A DNA stretch of 42,358 bases from the IMG/VR virus record IMGVR_UViG_3300025723_000074, positions 1-42,358 of that record; one strand, given 5' to 3'. Under the pieces are notes generated by a model that was not told the DNA's origin, did not search any database, and worked only from the letters and a program-made list of their open reading frames with translations. This document shows positions 29,001 to 38,000 of this stretch, in pieces. How positions within the stretch are numbered: the stretch's first letter is position 1; the number at the start of each line of letters is the position of its first letter. The DNA is from a virus. Taxonomy: Duplodnaviria > Caudoviricetes. The translations under genes were made by a program, and so were the position numbers.

Positions 29001-32000
29001 TAGTCGGCGCTCCATTCAAGAACTATAGCCAGACTATAGAGAACTGGGGAACTGCTTATCTGTATCAACGCGCTGTTCAGAACATACAAGCACAGCACAA
29101 GAATACATCTGGTTCAGCACAGGCATTCACCCTAGCCTGGACTACCTCTACGCTCAATCAAGCAGTGAGCGCAGTAACCAGCAACTATATCAGCGTAAGT
29201 GATGTCACTGGATTCAAGACAAATGATGCCATCATCTTTGCTAATGGTTCGACAGAAGCTTCTGGTATCGATCTATTGACAGTATATTATGTGGGCGATA
29301 TCGACGCAGGCACTAACTCATTTACTATAAAGACATCGCGCTCTACGACTACTTCAGTGACATTAGCCGATAGCACTGGATTGACCTGCACCGCATATGC
29401 GCAATCTCCGAGACAGGTATATCGCAACGGTGTTCGCGTGAACGATAACAACTATGCCACTATCGGAACGCAGTTCTATTATCTGGGTGATTTGTTCGTG
29501 GGAGATATTCTCAGAGTAAACGGCGGACCAACAACGCTTACTCAGACATTTAACTCTAACTATACAAATCGTACTGGCGTACAGTTCTCGTATGCATCAG
29601 ATATGGATACGTTCGGCACAAATATCCTCATCGGTTCTCCATATGAGATCAATCCAGACGGTGAAGAAGGTGCAGTATATAGTTATATCAACGGCGGCGC
29701 AAGATACGGTACAGTTATCGGCACTTCCGCATGTCAGGTCACTGGTAACAAGACTGTACTGATCAATGGCTTTGCAGTCAATCTCACTGCAGGCGATGCT
29801 GCTAGCACGGCTGCAACAATCAATGCGAGCAACATCATCAATGTTCAGGCAGCAGCAACTTATGATAATAAACTAATAATACAGCTTATCGATACTGCAA
29901 TAGCACCTGCTAAGAGCAAGTTAGTTGTCACTGCTCTGGATTCTGCTGTGCTACCAGAACTAGGTATCCAACCATATACTCAGACACAAACTATCGTCTG
30001 TCCTCATGCATACGGTCCTACTGAGTTTGGTTCTACTATAAAGATCAATGGAAACAGCGTTGTCATCTCTGCTCCAGTCGGAACACGGTATGAGAGTACA
30101 GTATTTGACTTTAATAGTGCAGATAATCTCTACAACGATACTGTGTTCGACAATAATGCGACACAGTTCATCGATGAATATCCTAATGCTGGCGCAGTAT
30201 ATATGTTCGATTATCTCGTCAACTACAATGAGAACATCAGCGATCCTGGTGCATACATCTATGCACAAGCAACAAATGATATCGTATTGGATTATGGTTA
30301 TGAACCCCGATATGGAACTGCGATAGACTTTAATGACAATGTTGTAGTCGTAGGAACTCCCGGATTTATGCCAGTCGCAGTCGGTGGTCAGGTCGTGACT
30401 TATGTCAACTCTTCTGGCAACTCAGACTGGTCAGTATATCGTAGTTCGGCTCCGATCGTGAATATCAATACGATCACTAATACCCAGCTCTATAGTGCTA
30501 CTACCAACGAGACTTTGGTAAACTTCGATTATATCGATCCGCTACAAGGCAAGATATTAGGTGCTGCTAGAGAGAACCTAGACTACGTGACTGGAGTAGA
30601 CCCAGCCAAATACAACGTAGACCTAAATGCACAATCAGGAATGCTATGGGGCGCTGGCGAGGTAGGTAGATTATGGTTCGATACTTCGAATGTCAGATTT
30701 GTGAACTACCATCAGTCAGATGTCGTGTATAACAGCAAATATTGGGGCGCGGTCTTCCCTGGATCAGATGTCGCAGTTTATAGCTGGATCGCGAGCTTCA
30801 TTCCTCCTGTGAACTATCAGGGACCTGGTGTACCATATGATGTGAATACATATGTTGTAAACAATGTACTGGATGCGACTGGTGTCATCACTCCTGTATA
30901 TTATTTCTGGGTGCGTGATACAAATATCATCTTTAGCCAGACTAACAAGACACTATCTGATAGCGTAGTAGCATCATATATCGCTAATCCAAGAACTTCT
31001 GGAATCTCTTATATGGTGCCGTTGTTGCCCAGCACATTCGCTATGTATAACTCTCTGAGCTACTTTAATGCTACAGACACTGTATTCCATATCGGATTCA
31101 ATACCGGAACAACGACAGATGTATATCACCAAGAGTTCGCGCTCATCGAAGAAGGGAATAGCGAATCCTTCCTTCCAGGTCTTCCTGCGATCTCGCTATC
31201 TAACGCAAATAACATCTACGGAACTCCGTTCTCGTTATATGCTAGAATGTTGGATTCTCTAGCAGGATGCGACCCTACTTCAGCGGTCGTACCTGATCCG
31301 TTCCTTCCGCTAGACGTACAATCAGGTGTGTTCTCTCGTCCAAAGCAGAGCTTCTTCTATGATCGCCTATTGGCACTAGAGAACTATCTAACCTTCGCTA
31401 ATACTGTATTAGCACAATATCCGATACTAGAAACCAGAGAAGAGTTGTCATTCTTGTATGCGGTTGGCCCGATTAATCCAAGTAACGGCGAACCTTTCTA
31501 TGACACGACGCAATATTGGAGCCCAGTAAACTGGTATGCTGCTGGATATAACTCTAGCATAAAGCCTGCGATCCAAGTTGCGATCTATGCTGATTTAGCA
31601 GCATTAAATCCAGCAGTCGGAACACTCGTAAAGGTTCTATACAACGGTAAGGGCAACTATGAGATTTACTCTTATGCAGGTTCAGGCAACTGGACTCGCG
31701 TAGCATTGCAGAACGGCACTATACAGTTCAGCCAAACGCTATGGGACTACTCTGCAGGCAAGACAGGTTGGGATGGTAACTTCTTCGATACTGCTCCTTG
31801 GGATCAGTATCCTAGCGAAGAGACACGCAATATAATCCGCGCACTGAATGAGCAGATTTACATCGGCGATCTTATCTCTTATCGTAATGCCAGCCTGATC
31901 CTAATGTTCTCGTATATTCAGAGCGAAGCAGCGGAATCACAGAACTTCTTGCCTTGGTTAAACAAGACATCTCTTGTGAATGTATCGCACACTATCCGCG

Positions 32001-35000
32001 AGTTGCTGCCTTATGAGACATATCGCACAGACAATCAAGTATTCTTGGCTGACTATATCAATGAGACTAAGCCATATCACGTTGTGATATCAGACTTCTT
32101 GTTCGAGTATACAAAGACTGATTTATTTGAAGGTGACATCACCGACTTCGATGTGCCAGCACAATACAACAGTCAATATCAGAAGTTCGTATCTCCGCAA
32201 CTGGTCTATACACAATATGGCAATCCGCCTTATGAATATACACTCAACGATCCCATCTGGCAGACACAAGAATACAATCAGTGGTATAATAACTATGGTA
32301 CTTCTATCACAGGTATTCCTGGATTCAATATCACTAAGTTGGGTTCATATATCAGCAACACGACCTCTATCATATTGGTAGATAATGCTTCAGGATTCCC
32401 TATCAATGGAATCATAACAATAGATTCCGAACAGATCGGATATACTACCGTAGATCGTGCGACCAATACGCTACGTGGTATCACACGCGGCGTCAATGGA
32501 ACAGTGATCGCAGATCATCTTCCTGGTACAAACATTTACATCGATCTTCCGGGCGTGCTAGTATTATACGGTGCTAGGGGATATATCAATACACCAAAGG
32601 TCACTGCATACATCGACACCAGCATCTACCCAGCACCACGCGAAGTAGCAGTCCTCGAAGCAGTTATGAATATCGATTCGGTCTTGCAGATCAATGTCGT
32701 AAATCCAGGACAAGGATATGTTGTCACCCCTGAGATCAGAGTAGAACCAGCAGAGACAGTATCTTTTAGCAACACTGATATCGACACTATAACTCACGTC
32801 ATCGGGGTATCCGCTCCCAACTTCACCACCGGAGACTTCGTGCAGTATTTCGATGGTACAGGTCCGGGTACAGGTAAGTTGTTCAGTGGTCAATGGTATT
32901 GCATCAATGTCCTAGAGACTGCTCCATTGACAGTTATCGCTCTCTATAACAACTATCGTGATGCGATCAGCGACACTAACAGGATTCCAATCTTTGACGC
33001 AGGTGTCTCAACGGGAATGACGCTCAATCTAGGTGCTCGCGCATTTGGTATCACGACATCTTCTCCCGTAAGAGAGAACAATCTCACCATCAAGTATGAT
33101 CGCACAACTTATACATCACAAGTCCAAGACTGGAAGGCTGCTGCATTCTACGGTTCATACTTTGCGGGTAACTATAATAACTCTGATGCAGTAGCAAGTT
33201 CTTCATATACGCTACAGAATGCAAATCCCAATATCGGCGACATACTAGCAGCCGCACAAGGCATTCCATTCGAAATAGCAGCAGTGAGCAATACTACACA
33301 ACTCAACTGGTCATCCTTCATCCGTCTGGTAAACTTCACCGATGATATAGAAAAATCTATAATACTCAGCTTACAAGACGGAAACAATACTATTCTCACC
33401 TTACCAAATGCTTCCGGCGGTACGACAGGTTTCTATGTTGGTATGCCAGTAAGATTTACTGGTAATGTAGATACAGCGAATACCCATATCATCGCGAACA
33501 AAGAATATTATGTCAAAGAAGTATTGCGAGAGACTGCATTCACTATCTCTGAGACTCCGGGCGGTCCAGTGTTCGATGTGGGTCTGTCTTCGATTCCTGA
33601 AAACAGTATGCAATGCGAAGTGGCTGAAGTCGTAGATACTGCGATTGTCACCCTGAACTATCCAGGCATACTACAGGCTACAGCGACCGCATCAGGCACA
33701 AATGCGATCACTATTCCATTGACTGATATCGGCACAGGTGGAACTATCGGATTCTATCCCGATCTTCCGATCTTCTTCACTGGAACTATGATCGGCGGAA
33801 TCGTAGAGAACCAGACTTACTATGTGACCTCTGTGATCGATGATCAGAACTTTACCATGTCACTCACTGAGAATGCGCTGAATACTTCAGTGACTGCGAC
33901 TGCTTCTGGTACAAATGTGATCACTGTGGGTTCTACTGCAGGATTCGCTCTAAACAATCCTGTAATCATCAATCAGATGACTGTATCAGGTTCTATGGTA
34001 ACTGACTTTGGAAACATCGTGTCAGGAAAAACTTATTATGTAAGAGAAGTAATAAACTCTACTGAGTTGACAATCTCTGAGACGATAAATGGTCCTGTAG
34101 TTGAACTGAATAATCAAACCGGCACAGCGACTATGACTAGCCAGGTCAATACAGTAAAGCTTAGCAATGGCACTGGTTCTATGACTACAAATGTCCTACT
34201 TCCAGTAAGTCCTGGACAGGTTAATGGTCAGCAGTTCACCTTCTATACTTCATCATCTCAATATCCTAACATCAGCAACGGTGTTCCTAGAAACCTAATC
34301 ACTAGAAATGTAGATGCTACAATCGCTGGATTGAACCGCATCGCGATCACTGCTGACACCGGCGGCATCGCACAGTTCTATGAAAATCTACCTGTCAGGT
34401 TCAATACTCCGATCGGCAATCTAGAGACAGATACGACTTATTATGTCCTCGCTACAGGAACGGTATCGGTTAATGTTAGCTCTTCATCTTCCAACTTCAA
34501 CCTGCTAACTTGTGACACAACTGCTTCTCTCTATGCAGGTATGCCAATCGTATTCTCAGGTGTTGGTCTAGGTGGCATTGTTATCAGTTACACTTATTTC
34601 GTATATTCTATCTCGGATGCTACTCACTTCAGCGTCTCTGCTGATGGTGTCACGGAATTCGTACTAGAGAATGATAGCGGAACGATGCTTGGTACTGGTT
34701 CTCCTTATATCACAGTATCTACAACTCCGGGCGGATCAACGTTCGAGTTGAGCAGCAGCATAAGCAAGTCAACTCTGACCCAATATCTACTTGGGGAACC
34801 AGTATTCAGTCTCTCTAACAAGATAGGTGGTTACACTGTAGTCATAGAGAATCCAGGTTCAGGATTCGCTGTAAACAATACGATCAGCATTCCTGGAACA
34901 GAAGCAGGTGGAACATCACCAAAGAATGATATCACACTCACTGTGAATACGATCGGTCCTAATGGTGAGATCACTGATGTCATTGTTGCTGGAACGCCAA

Positions 35001-38000
35001 ATGATCTCGTGCTCAAATATTATCTAAAAGTCTATTCACCCGATCAGCTAGAGGTATATGCTGATCCTCTCTTGCAGGTTCCAGTAAGCTTGGCTGACTT
35101 CCCGTACAAGGGATTCACAACTACGACTGCTACACAGGTTGCTGCTTCGGGTACAGGCGGTTGGACTTCTCATTCTGTGGTACAACTCAACAGTGTCGCT
35201 GGGTTCTCTGTCAATGATGCGATAGTCTTTACTGGCAATGTGTTCGGAAATATCGCGCTAGGATACACTTATTATATAACCAATATCAGTATCGCGCACA
35301 ACGAGATCGTCATCTCAACGCTTCCATCAGGTGCTTCATTCGTGACCGGATCTGCTACGGGTAATATGCTGATGGCTAAAGCAGGTAGTTATGCTGTATT
35401 ACCTGAACCATTCTACTTCAAGCAATCAATCGTCAGATATGCGAACAGAGTATGGAAATGTAATATTTCTAACAATGACAGCACCTTCATCTTTGGTAAG
35501 TGGGAGTTGTTGGATTCAGGTGATACTGCACTGAATGCTATGGATAGGACTATAGGTTACTATCAACCTACTGTGAATATGCCTGGTGTAGACTTGACAC
35601 AGTTGTTCGAGGGGGTCACTTATCCAAATAACATTTACTATGGTAATCAGTTCCAGCCCTCGCAACAGTATCCGTTGGACAACTTATTGCAGGATCAACC
35701 ATTCGCTCCGGTCATCTCTATCAATAGTTTGTTGTTCGATGCTGATACAAATGTATATTATGCTGTTGGAGATCTTTCAACCTATTCAGCAATACTAAAG
35801 AGCATCGATCTAGTTACTTGGAATGTTATGCAGATCGTAGATACAAATGCTGGATTGACCGGCATAGTGTATGCTAACGGAAGATTTGTAATATCTGCTA
35901 TAGATACTGCAACCCCTGTATTCACTAGCACAGATGGTAGTGTCTGGACTACAAATGGATACTTCCCTATATCTGGTACTTCATTGCAGGCGATCACGCA
36001 CGATGATAGCTGGATAGCAGTCGGAAATGCTATCGTGAGAAGCACGGACGGTGTTACTTGGACATCGGTTCATACTTATGCTCCTCAGAATGATGTTACA
36101 TTATACGGCGTAACACACGCTAATATTCCTAACTTTACAGGTTATGTAGCAGTAGGTACGGGCCTTCAAAATACCAGCTCGAATAATCCCGGCCCTAGCA
36201 ACATTATATCACGCAGCTACAACGGCGTAAACTGGATAGACATCCCTTCGATCACTCCGAATGCTCTATATGCAGTAGCATCCGATGATGCGGGTCAGAT
36301 CATCGCGGTGGGTGAGAATGGAGTCATCTATACAACTTCGAACGGTAGTAACTGGTTCGGCATAAATCAAGTCACTTGCGTCAGTGTCAATCCTGCAACA
36401 AACATATTAAATGTCACCAATACATCAGGATTTGTCGTCAACTCTACGGTAGTGTTCAGTGGTTCGTTCTCCTCTATCCTATCAGATACGGTATATTATA
36501 TTGTAAACATATTGTCACCTACTCAGGTTCAGATTTCGGATACCGAGAGCGGCACCCCGATCACGCTCACATACTCGACTATTCCTGCACAGACCATGAT
36601 GTCTCTGTATCAAGAAAATGGTTCTAATGATCTATACAGTATCATATATGCGAATGATTTATGGGTAGCAACAGGAGCTGCAGGAACTATTCTGACATCT
36701 TCGGATGGTATCGTTTGGACATCTCAGTATATTAGCACACCTGAATACTTGAATAGTGTTACATATGTGACTAATCCCTCACCTTTCATCACTTCCGGAT
36801 TCATTGTTACTGGAACAAACAATACAATAGGAACATCACCTGATGGCATTACGTGGACTGTAGTAGGTAAGTTCGAAGTTCCCCTTCCTGATTACACTGT
36901 TCGCGGCGATCCTTTCTTGGCAGGATATGGTCCTGAAGAACTCGTGCCGGGCGTCGTCAGAGACAACTTGGCTATGATCGTGAATACTCGTCCAGGAACT
37001 ACTTGGAATGCCGCAGAATATGCACATACTGGTTATAATGTTGTATCAGTTGAGTTTCCGAGTGTTCTCAGCGGACAATCTACATATTCATTCGATAGTA
37101 TCGTGCCGGTACCGGCACAAGTCTTTGTTCAACTACTAGATCCAACGACAGGTCTAGGAACTACACTATCACAGAACCAATATACGGTAAACTGGGTTAA
37201 TAAGACTATCGTACTCGCGACACCTACAACACAAGCAGTGCGCGTCGATGTATATGAAGTCGGTAATGGAAACCAACTAATAAAGTCTAACACTGATTAT
37301 GATCCTATCAGGACAAACAATGAGACAGGCTTCAATGAGATATACCTCGACTGCAGATATAGCGCGACATTGACGAGTGGTAGCGGGGTGATACAGCCTA
37401 ATGGTTCAGGGGTCACGGTGTGGTCTCCTCCGTTCATACATCATAACGGTGCTCCGCTCGTATTAGGTGCTACCAACTCTGTGTCACGCACTAGTTCATC
37501 AGATAATACTTTACTCACTATTTCTACTGCAGGAATGAATGTGGGGGACCCCATCATATTCAGCACTACGATCTCTAATATAGCACCAGAGATACTTCCA
37601 GTAACAACTTATTATGTTGCTACGGTTGCTTCAAATACTAAGTTCACGATCTCGTTGACTCAAGGTGGTCCAGTACTTCCGATCAGTGATGGTCAGGGCA
37701 TCGCATATTTCGTTACAAATGATTATGCATTCACTATTCAACCAAACGGCGTCTCTACTGTGATGGTATTCTCATCTCCGTATACCCGATTGGATGATTA
37801 TCTAGTATATTCTATCTTCGGTGAGACTACACCAATACAATATGGATATACAATTCCAGAAACACAGGAGTTTGTGAGCACCGGCGATACAGTATTCGAA
37901 CCTCTCACTAATAATCTCAACGCAACAGATGCGTATAATGCAATCGTAGAAATCAACGGTGTAAGGCAGAACTATTCATCCTACACTATCGATGTCGCTG

